A stretch of DNA of 64,000 bases from an uncultured Desulfospira sp. (GCA_963663165.1 OY760175.1:2464001-2528000); one strand, 5' to 3'. Positions 18,242-29,540 are shown, counted from the stretch's first letter. Notes: generated from the sequence alone by a model not told the origin. Program-made: numbers and translations.

Positions 18242-18268
18242 CCATCGGCCCCTGGCAGAAAAAACTTA
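18242..18268 (-). promoter_or_regulatory. Sigma-28 (FliA)-type promoter
   Basis: Minus strand TAAG-N15-GCCGATGG versus consensus TAAA-N15-GCCGATAA. Confidence 0.6.
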
Positions 18269-18487
18269 GACAAAACCAAAAGATTCACAAAGTCTCCATA
18301 CTTTATCCGTATTGGCTGAATAGTTACAAAAAATCCCACATGGGGTTGTTTTTATGGTATAAAATTTCTTTAATTTTGATAAGAAAAGCCGTTGTATAAT
18401 TTTTTTGCTGTCAGCAGACGGGCACAACCCAAAAGCTAACGGCTAATCGCTAAAGGCTAATGGCTTTACCATTTTGGGAGGTTGCCC

Positions 18488-19849
18488 ATGAAGATTGTCC
18501 AAAAAGTGGAAGATGTCATCAACCCGAATATTCTCAAGCCCGGGAGTGTGATTTACTGTTCAGGCAATGCTGCCACCCCCAAGGTTTTTTTAAACCAGAT
18601 GGCCCGGGATACCGCCATTCGTGATATTGAAATGCTCAGTGTCCTGCTGTTAGGGGATGTTGAACAGGTTTTTTCCGATGAGGCCTGCAACCGGATCACC
18701 CACCGCATTATCTTTAACGGCCCCCATTCCCGGCGAGCCGTCAGTGAGGGCCATGCCCGATACCAGGTCATGCACCTGTCCGATGTCCCAAAACAGTTAA
18801 AAGAGTGCATCAAACCCAATGTGGCCATGCTGTCCGTTGCCGGGCCGGACAACGGCGGGAACTACAGCCTTGGCTGCACCATCGAGGGCGTGGTCCAGGC
18901 GGTCCGCAGTGCAAAGGAGAACGGCGGCGTGGTCATTGCCGAACGTAACTGCAACACCCCGTTTATCCTGGGCGCCACCATCTCCCAGGATGACATTGAT
19001 TTTCTCCTGGACGTGGATTATGACCTGCCGGCAAGCCCGGTCAAGCAGCCCGATGAAACCGCCCTTCGCATCGGCCGCATGATCACGGCCCGATTTATTG
19101 AAGACGGCTCCACCCTCCAGTACGGAATCGGAGAGGTGCCCGAAGCCGTGACCCAGGCCATCATGGAAAAAGGGGTCAAGGATCTGGGCATCAGGACCGA
19201 GCTTTTCACCGACGCCATGCGGATTCTGGTGCAAAAGGGGATCGTGACCAACCGGTATCTGGCCAACCCGTTTTCCGTGTCCACCTTATTTTTATCGGGC
19301 ACGAAAGAAGGGTATGGCTGGCTTCACTTCAACAGCTCCATCCAGGGGCGCCCCTCAAACAAGACCAACAGTGTGATCAGCATTGCCCGGCATCCCAAAA
19401 TGGTGGCCATTAACAGCGCCATCGGGGTGGACCTGCACGGCAACATCTGGGCCGACTCGTTGATGGCCAGGAAGATTTACAGCGGCGTGGGGGGCCAGGC
19501 CGATTTTCTGCGAGGGGCCTATCTGTCCCCCGGCGGTACCCCCATTATTGCCATGAAGTCCCAGACCTCAAAGGGCCTTTCCAAAATCCTGGACAAATGC
19601 CCGGAAGGCATTACCACCACGGCCATTGCCGCAGATCCGGTGATGATTGTAACGGAACAGGGGGTGTTTGACCCCAGGGGACTGAGCATGACCGAGCATG
19701 CCGTGGCCATTGCCCACCTGGCCGCGCCCAGAGACCGGGACGACCTGTTATCCCACATTTTTAACAGCGGGGAATTTCACAACCCTAAAAAAGCACTTTG
19801 CAACGGTTCACCCAAGGGGTTTACCCCCTATGACCAGCTTTTGGGATAA
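18488..19849 (+). CDS. Acetyl-CoA hydrolase/CoA-transferase family protein
   Basis: STLQYGIG, LGIRTE (catalytic Glu position), SGVGGQADFLRGA, VTEQG. Confidence 0.9.
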   Translation: MKIVQKVEDVINPNILKPGSVIYCSGNAATPKVFLNQMARDTAIRDIEMLSVLLLGDVEQVFSDEACNRITHRIIFNGPHSRRAVSEGHARYQVMHLSDVPKQLKECIKPNVAMLSVAGPDNGGNYSLGCTIEGVVQAVRSAKENGGVVIAERNCNTPFILGATISQDDIDFLLDVDYDLPASPVKQPDETALRIGRMITARFIEDGSTLQYGIGEVPEAVTQAIMEKGVKDLGIRTELFTDAMRILVQKGIVTNRYLANPFSVSTLFLSGTKEGYGWLHFNSSIQGRPSNKTNSVISIARHPKMVAINSAIGVDLHGNIWADSLMARKIYSGVGGQADFLRGAYLSPGGTPIIAMKSQTSKGLSKILDKCPEGITTTAIAADPVMIVTEQGVFDPRGLSMTEHAVAIAHLAAPRDRDDLLSHIFNSGEFHNPKKALCNGSPKGFTPYDQLLG

Positions 19850-20115
19850 CCCGGCCAGCAAGTTAACCCGGAAAAAATTTTCTGCGGCGCATGCAGCTGG
19901 AAGGGGCCATTGAAAAATCTCAGGGAAGGCCTCTAAGCACAAATTCCTCATATCTTTTTTTACGATTTAGCCAACTAACTTGAATAATTTGAGTTTACTC
20001 ATCCTCAAGATGATGATATTCCCCTTTTTTAGAAATACTCACCCATAGTTCTGTTTTACTGTTTCTGAAAGCTTAAGATCGTTGTTAACACAGGATGCCT
20101 AAAAGGAGGATCGAA

Positions 20116-22290
20116 ATGAAACTCAACATCGGTACAAAGGTAAACATCTTGATTGTTCTGGGTCTGCTGCTGGTAGGAGGCGCCGGACTTGTCTTGTCTG
20201 TCTCGGCCCTGAAAAAGGAAGAAAAAATCACCCTTGAAGAATTTCGAAAAGAGACCATTCATGAAAGAAGGACGTTTCTAAAAGATATGGTTGATTCCGC
20301 CTATGCCATGGCCAAGGAACGGCTGGATGCGTCCCGGGACAAAGAGTCCATTCGAAAGCATTTTGGATATCAGGTCAAGTCTGCCGTAAATCAGGCGTTT
20401 TCTTTTTTCGAGGTGGACTTCGGGAACACTTTTTACACCGGGGAAGAAGTCCGAAAACAAGCCGCCCTTTCCGTAATTGATAAAATGCGGTGGGGAAGTG
20501 ACAGCCAAGAGTATCTCTGGGTTCACGATATCACGGGTAAAATGGTTCATCATCCCATTAAACCATCTTTAGACGGGAAAGATGTACTGGACATGACAGA
20601 TCCTGACGGAAAACGGCTTTTTTATGAGATGAATCAAGTGGTTAAACAGCACGGGGCAGGGTTTGTCGGCTACAAATGGCCCAAACCCGGATTTGATATC
20701 CCCCAGGATAAAATTTCATATGTCAGATTATATGAACCATGGGGATGGGTCGTTGGAACAGGGGTTTATCTCGAATCCGCGGAAGAGAATTTTAAAAAGG
20801 CTGCCCTTACCGGTATCGGTGCTGTCCGATACGGAGAAGACAGCAGCGGGTATTTTTTTATTTATGACTCCAAAGGGACCTGTATCCTGCTTCCACCCAA
20901 GCCTGACTTTCATGGGACAAACCGAATCAATGAAAAAGACCAAAAGGGAAATCTTATTGTCCAGGAGTTGATCAAGGCCGGCAATTCAAATCCGGACGGT
21001 GGCTATTTTGAGTATTATTCCCTCAAACCCGGTACGAAGGAGCCCCTTGCCAAATTGTCCATTGTCAGAAAACTTCCGGCCTGGGACTGGTATATTGCAA
21101 CGGGCATTTATACGGATGATGTGGAGGCGATGATTGAAAAACAGCGAAAATCCATCAACAAGCAGATATCCAAAACCATTCTGAATTTAAGTGTCATCCT
21201 ATTGGGTATCATACTGGTATCTTTAATCGTATCCTATGTTATGATTGCCAGGGGGGTCGTCAGCCCCATACGATCCATTATTGACATGCTAAAAGACATT
21301 GCCCAGGGAGAGGGGGATTTAACCAAAAGGATTGAAAATAACTCCAAAGATGAAACCCGGGAACTGGCCGAATGGTTTAACACCTTTATCGGGAATATCC
21401 AGCAGATGATTGCTGCGACCAAATCCGATATCGTTACTTTAAATGAATCTTCTCTGGGCCTGACCACTATTTCGGATCAGATGGGTTCGACGGTCGAAGA
21501 CACTTCCCGGCGCTCGGAATCCGTAGCGTCGGCATCCGAGGATGTGAGCCGTAAAATGGATTCCATGGCTTCGGCCATGGAAGAAGCATCCACAAATATC
21601 AGCATGGTCTCGTCGGCCGCAGAAGAAATGAGGGCCACCATTGACGAGATTGCAAAAAATGCGGCAAAGGCCCGGGACATCACCTCAGAGGCGGTCTGCA
21701 AGGCCGGAAATGCTTCCGGTCAGGTGAATGAACTGGGCAAGTCTGCCAAAGAAATCGTTCAGGTAGTTGAAACCATAACGGATATTTCATCCCAGGTTAA
21801 CCTGCTGGCCCTGAATGCCACCATCGAGGCAGCCAGGGCAGGAGAGGCCGGCAAAGGGTTCGCCGTCGTGGCAAATGAGATCAAGGAACTGGCCGGCCAG
21901 ACCGCTAAGGCATCCAATGAAATCAAAACAAGGGTTGAAGAAATTCAAAATTCGACCAATGGAACGGTCCAGGAAATCGGGAGCATCACCCAGGTGGTCA
22001 ATGAGGTGAACGATATCGTTTCCACCATCTCCGCGGCCGTTACCCAGCAGGCCGCCACCACGGGAGACATTGCTGAAAATGTAGCCCATGTGTCTGCAGG
22101 GATTGAAGATGTAAATGAAAATGTAGCCCGGAGTTCAGCGGCTGTAAAAAATGTTACCCATGAAATCGCCCAGGTCTCCCATTCATCTTCCCAGATGGCC
22201 GCATCCGGTTCAGAAATTCAGAAAAAGGCCAATGAATTGTCGGGAATGGCGGAAAAGCTGTCCTTGGTAATGGATAAATTCAAGGTATGA
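20116..22290 (+). CDS. Methyl-accepting chemotaxis protein with Cache domains and HAMP
   Basis: Two TM helices, HPIKP..G/DPDGK Cache motifs, [24 protein letters not shown]. Confidence 0.95.
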   Translation: MKLNIGTKVNILIVLGLLLVGGAGLVLSVSALKKEEKITLEEFRKETIHERRTFLKDMVDSAYAMAKERLDASRDKESIRKHFGYQVKSAVNQAFSFFEVDFGNTFYTGEEVRKQAALSVIDKMRWGSDSQEYLWVHDITGKMVHHPIKPSLDGKDVLDMTDPDGKRLFYEMNQVVKQHGAGFVGYKWPKPGFDIPQDKISYVRLYEPWGWVVGTGVYLESAEENFKKAALTGIGAVRYGEDSSGYFFIYDSKGTCILLPPKPDFHGTNRINEKDQKGNLIVQELIKAGNSNPDGGYFEYYSLKPGTKEPLAKLSIVRKLPAWDWYIATGIYTDDVEAMIEKQRKSINKQISKTILNLSVILLGIILVSLIVSYVMIARGVVSPIRSIIDMLKDIAQGEGDLTKRIENNSKDETRELAEWFNTFIGNIQQMIAATKSDIVTLNESSLGLTTISDQMGSTVEDTSRRSESVASASEDVSRKMDSMASAMEEASTNISMVSSAAEEMRATIDEIAKNAAKARDITSEAVCKAGNASGQVNELGKSAKEIVQVVETITDISSQVNLLALNATIEAARAGEAGKGFAVVANEIKELAGQTAKASNEIKTRVEEIQNSTNGTVQEIGSITQVVNEVNDIVSTISAAVTQQAATTGDIAENVAHVSAGIEDVNENVARSSAAVKNVTHEIAQVSHSSSQMAASGSEIQKKANELSGMAEKLSLVMDKFKV

Positions 22291-22434
22291 TTCCACCGGC
22301 TGCTGGAATCTGAAAATCGGACAAGCCGCAAATGTTTGTGTTAAAAAAAGATGACGGTTAATTAAAAAATTGGTATATGGAACCCCCTGATCCTGAAGCA
22401 GATATCAGGATGACCGTTAAACAAAGGTGCCCGT

Positions 22435-23346
22435 GTGAATAAAAACATTTATCCCATGCCTGCCTATATCAGTCTGGTGGCGGCGGCCGTATTATGGGCC
22501 AGCACCTTTCCTGTCCTGAAGCTGGCCTTCAGGGCCTATGATCCGGTGGTGGTTATTTTCGGCAGAATGCTCATGGCAAGCCTGTGCGCCTTTTTGTTTC
22601 CCGCAACATTCAGCGCCGTGCCGTTCAGGCGAAAAGATTTAAAATATATCCTGGCCATGGTGGTGTGCGAGCCCTGTCTTTACTTTGTATTTGAAGCCAG
22701 GGCACTGGTCTATACCTCGGCGTCCCAGGCCGGGATGATCACCACCATGATGCCGCTGCTGGTGGCCTTGGGGGCCTGGCTGTTTTTAAAGGAAAAGGTG
22801 ACAGCCAGAACGGCCTCAGGTTTTTTGATCGCATTTTCAGGGGCGTTGTGGCTGAGCCTTTCATCAAAGCCCTCCCCCCACGGCCCCAACCCGCTTCTGG
22901 GCAATTCCCTGGAATTTGCGGCCATGGTCTGTGCGTCGGGCTATGCCCTTTGCTTAAAAAAGCTGACCAGCCGGTACTCGTCTTTGCTGCTCACCTTTTT
23001 CCAGGCCTTTGCCGGTGCGCTGTTTTTCTTTGTTCTGATGTTTTTTCCGGGAACTGACCGGTCCTTTGGGGTTGATCCGGGCGGCATCTTGTCCATTCTC
23101 TATCTGGGGTCTGCCGCCACCCTTGGGGCATATGGATGTTATAATTACGGGGTCAGCCGGATACCGGCGGGCCAGGCCACGGCCTTTATCAACCTGATCC
23201 CGGTGTTTACCCTGATTTTAAGCGCACTGATCTTAGGCGAACGGTTCACGAAGGTCCAGTATGCCGCCTCAGTGCTGGTGTTTGCCGGGGTAATTATCAG
23301 CCAGGACATTGTCAAAACCAACCGGCCGGCTGCGGCACAGCCCTAA
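22435..23346 (+). CDS. DMT/EamA family transporter
   Basis: About 10 TM helices, LFLKEK, FINLIPV, LILGERF. Confidence 0.88.
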   Translation: MNKNIYPMPAYISLVAAAVLWASTFPVLKLAFRAYDPVVVIFGRMLMASLCAFLFPATFSAVPFRRKDLKYILAMVVCEPCLYFVFEARALVYTSASQAGMITTMMPLLVALGAWLFLKEKVTARTASGFLIAFSGALWLSLSSKPSPHGPNPLLGNSLEFAAMVCASGYALCLKKLTSRYSSLLLTFFQAFAGALFFFVLMFFPGTDRSFGVDPGGILSILYLGSAATLGAYGCYNYGVSRIPAGQATAFINLIPVFTLILSALILGERFTKVQYAASVLVFAGVIISQDIVKTNRPAAAQP

Positions 23347-25226
23347 GCCGCGCCGGAGTCCTTTCCGGTCCGGGTCAGGTCGATCTCCAGGGAATAGGCC
23401 CCGCCCTCCAGTTTGGCCGAGACCGGGTAATCCCCTTTTTCAAACACCTTGAGCATGGCCCGGTTGCTGGCCAGCACATCCGCGGTGATGGCCACGGCCC
23501 CCCGTTCCTTGGCCTGCCTTGCCAGCATCTGATAAAGATAAGAGGCAATGCCGTAACCCTGGTAGGCTTCATCCACAACAAAGGCGATGTCCATGTAAGG
23601 TTTGTCCGGATATTTGGCAATCCTTGCCTCGGCAATGATGGTCCGGTGTTCAGGTTCTCCCACCAGCCCCACCACCGACAGGACAGTCCGGTAATCCACA
23701 TTAACATAGGCCTGCATCTTGGAATGGGGCATGATCTTGATGGGGGTAAAATACCGGTAATAAATGGCTTTATCTGAAAACCGGTAAAACAGCCGCCGCA
23801 TCTGGTCTTCGTCCGACGGGCGGATGGCCCTGAAATGGACCTCCAAATCGTTTTTAAAGACATGCCGGACCGCCAGATCCCCCGGATAAAAGTTGGCACT
23901 GTCGGCCAGGAAAATCTGGTCGGCAAAGAGCAGGTTGGCCTTTTTACCCCCTTCCACCAGGGCCGGGCGGTCTTCGGGATGGGCAATTTCAATGAGGGAC
24001 TGGGCCCGCTCTCTCATGGTCCGTCCCCGCAAATGGGCAATGCCCTGTTCGGTTACCACCATGTCAATGCATTCGGGCAGGCTGAGCAGGTCCTGGGAAT
24101 CGGAAATGGACAGCCTTATATTGGGCTGCCCCTCCCGGTTCCGGCTGGGCAGCACCACCATGGTATACCCGCCCCGGGAGATTTCCGATCCATTGATAAA
24201 ATCGGCAATCTGGCCTGGCCCGGCGGCAAAGCTGACCGTCTGCCGGTGAAGGGCGATCCGCCCGGACAACTCCAGGCGCCGGACCGGCAAAATGGTGACA
24301 AATTTATGGTTCCGGCCGATTTCCATGGGGTTGAAGACCTTTTCAACGGTCTGGAACTCCACCATGGGATTTTTATCCAGCCATCGCATCAACTCTTTGG
24401 AACCAAGGGCATAGGAGGTCAATGACCGCCCCCGGTATATGGCCTTTTTCCGGTTGGACACGGCCCCGCTTAAGACCAGCTCCATCAGGGCGTCGGTAAA
24501 AAAAGGCGAATGGATTCCTAAGTTGCGTTTATGGGCCAGGTATTTGGGAAGGGCCTCAAACACCGGGCCGTAGGAAAAGGCCAGACATGATCCGTCATCA
24601 ATAATAGACGCAATGTTCTGGGCCAGCCGGTCAAATACCGGAGAAAGGGGATACCGGGGGTAGTAAAACGGAGGCAAGGTGGCTTCCACCAGCATGTCAA
24701 AGGCATCCACGTGAATAAAGGTATCCCCCAGGGTAAAGGGGATTTCCGGGTTGATCTCCCCCACGGCCAGCTTGGACAGGGCGATGGCCCTTCTGGCCAC
24801 ATCCACCCCGACCCCTAAGCTGCAATAACCGGCCTCATTGGGCGGGGTGATCTGAACAAAGGCCACATCAACGGGGATATGTCCCTCTTTCATCAAGGCG
24901 GGAATAAATGAAAACCTTGAGGGGATCATATCAGCCCGGCCCTGGGTGACGGCTTTGGCTGACACCCAGCCCGAAAAAAAGGTTTTCAGCCGGTACCGGT
25001 GGGATTCCAGGGCCTCAGGAGAAATGGCATCCCCAAAACTTAACAGCTGGATCAAGGTCAAATCATCCAGCCTATGCCCCTCACCGGACATCAGGGCATT
25101 GACCAGGGTCCTGGGCTCTGAGGTGCCGGTGCCGATAAATATATTCATGCCCGGTTCTATCTTGGCCAAGACCGCATCCATTGACACAGTTTTTTCTTTC
25201 CAGGCAGGTTTTTGTTTTTTAAACAT
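23343..25226 (-). CDS. Acetyl-CoA hydrolase/transferase-like domain fused to a GNAT acetyltransferase
   Basis: GYCSLG, VVTEQGIAHLRG, IAHPEDR; C-terminal RAIRPSDE, YYRYF, AFVVDEAYQGYGIA. Confidence 0.88.
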   Translation of the reverse strand: MFKKQKPAWKEKTVSMDAVLAKIEPGMNIFIGTGTSEPRTLVNALMSGEGHRLDDLTLIQLLSFGDAISPEALESHRYRLKTFFSGWVSAKAVTQGRADMIPSRFSFIPALMKEGHIPVDVAFVQITPPNEAGYCSLGVGVDVARRAIALSKLAVGEINPEIPFTLGDTFIHVDAFDMLVEATLPPFYYPRYPLSPVFDRLAQNIASIIDDGSCLAFSYGPVFEALPKYLAHKRNLGIHSPFFTDALMELVLSGAVSNRKKAIYRGRSLTSYALGSKELMRWLDKNPMVEFQTVEKVFNPMEIGRNHKFVTILPVRRLELSGRIALHRQTVSFAAGPGQIADFINGSEISRGGYTMVVLPSRNREGQPNIRLSISDSQDLLSLPECIDMVVTEQGIAHLRGRTMRERAQSLIEIAHPEDRPALVEGGKKANLLFADQIFLADSANFYPGDLAVRHVFKNDLEVHFRAIRPSDEDQMRRLFYRFSDKAIYYRYFTPIKIMPHSKMQAYVNVDYRTVLSVVGLVGEPEHRTIIAEARIAKYPDKPYMDIAFVVDEAYQGYGIASYLYQMLARQAKERGAVAITADVLASNRAMLKVFEKGDYPVSAKLEGGAYSLEIDLTRTGKDSGAA

Positions 25227-25517
25227 TGTTTTACCCTTATTAAAAGCGGGTTTCTACGCTTTGTTTCCCCAATCGTATTAATTTTTTTTAAGGGCCTGAA
25301 CACGGTTATTTCAAACCCTTTTCACCCTATTGGGTTGGTTATTTTGGGATAAATCGCCATACCCTGTAAAGTATATATTTGGGAAAATAGCAATAACAAT
25401 CCATGATTCCAAGATAAAAAGGGGATGATGGGCGGCAAAAAAATGATTATTCTTTTGAATTTCAATAAAATTGTTGTATGTTCCAAATTTGGAATTGGGT
25501 TTGGGGAGGGCTGTAAA

Positions 25518-26267
25518 TTGAAGATAATGAAATACCTGTTTCGTGTCATCTTGGCTGCCCGGTTTATGTTTCATAAGGCCACCGGTACGGGATCTTTTGG
25601 AAACGACAGGGCGGTCCGGGTTTCAACATCCTGTGCCCCGGAAGATAACCCTCTAAAAAGGGGATTGTTTCGCCACCATGTCAAACAGTTCCATGAATCA
25701 TCCTGTTCTGTTGCCAGCGTGGTCTGCGTGGTCAACACCCTGCTTGAACGAATTCATCAACTGCCCTGCCCTCCGGTAACCCAGTTTCAAATCCTTGAAA
25801 ACGTCAGGGCCGGCCACTGGAAAGAACGAATGGCACCTGGCGGCTGGAATGGGAAACGGGGGCTTCCCCTTGAGGTTTTGGCCCGGGTAACGGAATCGGC
25901 CTTAACCACCTATGGCATCCCCTTTGCCTCAATTGAAGCGGTCCGGGCCCATGCCAAAAACTCAACCGCCATTAAACAACAGATAGCTTACCGGCTTGAA
26001 CGGTTTGAATCCAAAGGGGACTGCCTGATCATCGCCCATTTTGACCAGGGAACCTTTGTTCAGGACCTGAACATCCCCCATATCTCCCCGGTGGGGGGAT
26101 ATGACCCTGAATCCGGGCGGGTCACCCTGCTGGACGTGGACCCATTCCAAAGCCGTCCCTACCAGGTTTCCTTTGACCGGTTTTACAAGGGCATTTCCAC
26201 CCACTATTACCACCTGTTCCGGCCTTATGGATACGGCCGGGGGGGATATGTGTTTATTCAACTTTAA
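25518..26267 (+). CDS. Phytochelatin synthase family protein (catalytic domain only)
   Basis: Q..SSCSVAS (Cys), HISPVGGYD (His), LLDVD (Asp); TTG start after a GGGAGG RBS (ATG at 25527 is the alternative). Confidence 0.75.
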   Translation: MKIMKYLFRVILAARFMFHKATGTGSFGNDRAVRVSTSCAPEDNPLKRGLFRHHVKQFHESSCSVASVVCVVNTLLERIHQLPCPPVTQFQILENVRAGHWKERMAPGGWNGKRGLPLEVLARVTESALTTYGIPFASIEAVRAHAKNSTAIKQQIAYRLERFESKGDCLIIAHFDQGTFVQDLNIPHISPVGGYDPESGRVTLLDVDPFQSRPYQVSFDRFYKGISTHYYHLFRPYGYGRGGYVFIQL

Positions 26268-26293
26268 CCCCGGATATTGGCAACGGTGATCCA

Positions 26294-26740
26294 TTGACCC
26301 CATCCCAGGACAGCCTGTCAACAGAATACCCGGCCCGCCCTGCCCTTGCCGTGGGAGCGGTGGTGTTCAAGGACAACCAGGTCCTTTTGGTCAAGCGGGG
26401 AAATCCCCCGGCTAAAGGGGACTGGGCGATCCCGGGGGGCAGCGTAAAAATTGGCGAAACCCTTCAGGAAGCGGCCCAAAGGGAAATCTTAGAGGAAACC
26501 GGCATTGTCATTAAAGCCGGCGAGCCGGTATGGTCATTTGAATCCATCCACCGGGATGACCAGGGCCGGGTAAGGTTCCATTATTATATTGTAGACCTTA
26601 AGGCAAGCTATGTGAGCGGAGAGCCGGTGCCGGCCGACGATGCCATGGAAGCCAAATGGGTCTGCAAAGGAGAAATCCGGCACCTGAATGTTAACCCTGC
26701 CACCCGCCGGCTGCTCAAAGAGACCTATAGTTTCTATTAA
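26294..26740 (+). CDS. NUDIX hydrolase
   Basis: PGGSVKIGETLQEAAQREILEETG Nudix box. Confidence 0.92.
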   Translation: MTPSQDSLSTEYPARPALAVGAVVFKDNQVLLVKRGNPPAKGDWAIPGGSVKIGETLQEAAQREILEETGIVIKAGEPVWSFESIHRDDQGRVRFHYYIVDLKASYVSGEPVPADDAMEAKWVCKGEIRHLNVNPATRRLLKETYSFY

Positions 26741-26743
26741 AAT

Positions 26744-27640
26744 TTAATCCACGCCGAATTCAGAGGGCTTAAGCCTGGTCAAATAATCAATCAGGGCCTT
26801 TTGTTTCCGAAATGTAAGCTTTTCCTTTTTGATAAAAATATTGAAATGGTCGGCCGCCGGCTGGATCTTCGGGAAGGGATCGATCAGAATTTTTTGATCC
26901 AGTTCCCGGATCACGGTGTATTTGGGAACAAACCCGATGCCAAGGCCTGCTACCGCCCCATTGATAATGCCCCGGACATGGTTGATCTGGATGACCCGCT
27001 TAAGACAGGCCTGCTTTTCTTTAGGGATGGCCGTTAAAAAATTGCCCCACCAGGCCAGTTCCTTATCGTTGGAGAGGACGTTCACCCGTTCAAGATCATC
27101 TAAGGTGTGAACCTGGTGCTGCTCAATAAACGCCGGAGAGGCAATGACCACATACTTTTCCTGGAACAGGGAAATTTTTTCAATATTGGGAAGGAGATGG
27201 TCCACACAGTCAATGATCAGGTCCACCTCATCTTTGAGCAGGGGCGGTTCTAGCTCATGGGAAAAGAAAAAGTCCAGGTGGATGTCTGAATGGGTTTCAA
27301 GAAAGGCCCGGATGTTTTTGAGCAGGATGGTGGTTCCGAACTCGATGGTGGCGCCCACCCGGATTCTCACCTTTGCCTCTTTTTTATACCGGGCAATATC
27401 CTGGTCTGCTTTTTCAATCTCATAAAAAATTTTCTCGCATGACCGGAACAGGGTATGGCCGGCAGAGGTTAAGGAAAGGCTTTTGCCTTCCCGGCGGATC
27501 AACCGTGTGTCCAGGGAATTTTCCAGCTTCTTGATGGCGTGGCTGACCGCCGACTGGGTAACAAACAAGGCTTCTGCCGCCCGGGTAAAATTTTTGAGTC
27601 TGGCAAGGGTAAAAAAGGTCTTTAACTGGTAAAGGTCCAT
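26744..27640 (-). CDS. LysR family regulator
   Basis: NFTRAAEALFVTQSAVSHAIKKLE. Confidence 0.93.
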   Translation of the reverse strand: MDLYQLKTFFTLARLKNFTRAAEALFVTQSAVSHAIKKLENSLDTRLIRREGKSLSLTSAGHTLFRSCEKIFYEIEKADQDIARYKKEAKVRIRVGATIEFGTTILLKNIRAFLETHSDIHLDFFFSHELEPPLLKDEVDLIIDCVDHLLPNIEKISLFQEKYVVIASPAFIEQHQVHTLDDLERVNVLSNDKELAWWGNFLTAIPKEKQACLKRVIQINHVRGIINGAVAGLGIGFVPKYTVIRELDQKILIDPFPKIQPAADHFNIFIKKEKLTFRKQKALIDYLTRLKPSEFGVD

Positions 27641-27834
27641 TAACGCCCCATGGCATTTTTATAAGGGTTAACCATCATTCTATCTTTTGCCTTCCAAACT
27701 TTTCTTTGAGATTGAACGTCTTGTCAAGGAAATTTTGACCCAGAGCAGCATTTATATTATAATATTCTTTACGTTCAGCCTTTAGCCGACCTTTGCGTTG
27801 ACCTCCCCCTGGACAGTCTGTTATCCGGCCTAAA

Positions 27835-27855
27835 GTCATGAATATAATTCATGAC
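27835..27855. promoter_or_regulatory. LysR-box-like palindrome
   Basis: GTCATGAAT-ATA-ATTCATGAC containing T-N11-A, between the divergent lysR and ALDH genes. Confidence 0.6.
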
Positions 27856-27976
27856 GATTATAAAAATAATGAATTTTACTTTAATCAGGCTGGCGCCTAT
27901 AGTATTGATATATATTAATTATTACCTGAAATATGGGCACTTTCCCTTCAGGACAAACACCCATAAGGAGCGTTCC

Positions 27977-29524
27977 ATGAAAAAAGAACAGGTTAAGGCC
28001 ATTTTAGACGAATTAGGAATCAAAGAAATCAACAATGGTGCCTGCACCGGTGGCTCCGGCGGCTGGATCGCCACAACGGGAGAGGAACTGGTCAGTATCT
28101 CCCCCATTGACGGCCAGCCCATTGCCCGGGTTAAAACCGCCACGCGGCAGGATTATGAAACCGTCATGGAAAAGGCCGCCCAGGCCTTTAACACATACCG
28201 CATGATGCCCGCCCCCAAACGGGGTGAAATTGTCCGGGAAATCGCCAATGCATTACGGGAGAAAAAACAGGCTTTAGGGATGCTGGTGGCCCTGGAAGTC
28301 GGTAAAATCAAGGCCGAAGGGGAAGGTGAGGTCCAGGAAATGATCGACATTGCCGATTTTGCCGTGGGGCTTTCCCGCCAGCTGTACGGCCTGACCATGC
28401 ACAGTGAACGGCCCAACCACCGCATGTACGAGCAATGGCACCCCTTAGGGGTTGTCGGCCTGATCACGGCCTTTAACTTCCCGGTGGCGGTCTGGTCCTG
28501 GAACGCTTTGATTGCCGCTGTCTGCGGGGATGCTGTCCTTTTCAAACCCAGTTCCAAAGCCCCCCTTACCGGCATTGCCATCCAGAACATCCTGGCCCCG
28601 GTGGTGGACAAATACGGGATTCAGGGCATCTTTAATATGGTCATCGGCAACCGGAACGAGGTGGGCGAGCCCATGCTGGCCGATCCCCGGCTGCCCCTGA
28701 TTTCAGCCACCGGCTCCACGGCCATGGGCCGGCATGTGGGCGAAGTGGTGGGCCAAAGGCTTGGCCGGAGCCTGCTGGAACTTGGCGGAAACAACGCCAT
28801 TATCGTGACCGAGGATGCGGACATGGATATGGCCATCCGGGCCACCCTGTTCGGCGCCGTGGGCACGGCCGGCCAGCGCTGCACCTCTACCCGGCGGATC
28901 ATTATCCAGTCCAGTGTAAAAGACCAGTTTATCAAAAGCCTGAGCGCTGCCTACGGCCAGGTTAAAATTGGCAACCCCCTGGACGACGGCACCCTGATGG
29001 GCCCCCTCATTGACGGCCGGGCGGTTACGGACATGGAAAATGCCCTGAACGCCGCCAAGGAACAGGGCGGCAAGATCCATTTCGGCGGAACCAACTGTAC
29101 GGTAGACGGCCTGGAAGAGGGATTTTACGTGAACCCCGCCATTGTGGAAATTAAAAACGACGCCCCCATTGTTCAGCAGGAAACCTTTGCCCCCATTCTC
29201 TACATCATTGAATATGAAGATTTTGACCAGGCCATAGAATTTCACAACAATGTTCCCCAGGGGTTGTCCAGCGCTGTTTTCACCACCTCCCTGAGATACC
29301 AGGAAACCTTTTTGTCCCACATAGGCTCCGACTGCGGTATTGCCAATGTGAATATCGGCACCTCCGGGGCGGAGATCGGCGGGGCATTCGGCGGGGAAAA
29401 AGAGACCGGCGGCGGCCGGGAATCAGGCTCTGACGCCTGGCGAGCTTATATGCGCCGCCAGACCAACACCATCAACTGGGGCACGGAACTGCCCCTGGCC
29501 CAGGGAATCGAGTTTAATATATAA
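27977..29524 (+). CDS. Aldehyde dehydrogenase, ALDH7/aminoadipate-semialdehyde (P6C) type
   Basis: EGEVQEMIDI, ITAFNFP, LELGGNNA, GTAGQRCT, GAEIGGAFGGEKETGGGRESGSD; ATG after AAGGAG. Confidence 0.9.
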   Translation: MKKEQVKAILDELGIKEINNGACTGGSGGWIATTGEELVSISPIDGQPIARVKTATRQDYETVMEKAAQAFNTYRMMPAPKRGEIVREIANALREKKQALGMLVALEVGKIKAEGEGEVQEMIDIADFAVGLSRQLYGLTMHSERPNHRMYEQWHPLGVVGLITAFNFPVAVWSWNALIAAVCGDAVLFKPSSKAPLTGIAIQNILAPVVDKYGIQGIFNMVIGNRNEVGEPMLADPRLPLISATGSTAMGRHVGEVVGQRLGRSLLELGGNNAIIVTEDADMDMAIRATLFGAVGTAGQRCTSTRRIIIQSSVKDQFIKSLSAAYGQVKIGNPLDDGTLMGPLIDGRAVTDMENALNAAKEQGGKIHFGGTNCTVDGLEEGFYVNPAIVEIKNDAPIVQQETFAPILYIIEYEDFDQAIEFHNNVPQGLSSAVFTTSLRYQETFLSHIGSDCGIANVNIGTSGAEIGGAFGGEKETGGGRESGSDAWRAYMRRQTNTINWGTELPLAQGIEFNI

Positions 29525-29540
29525 AGGGGAGGATAAAAAA

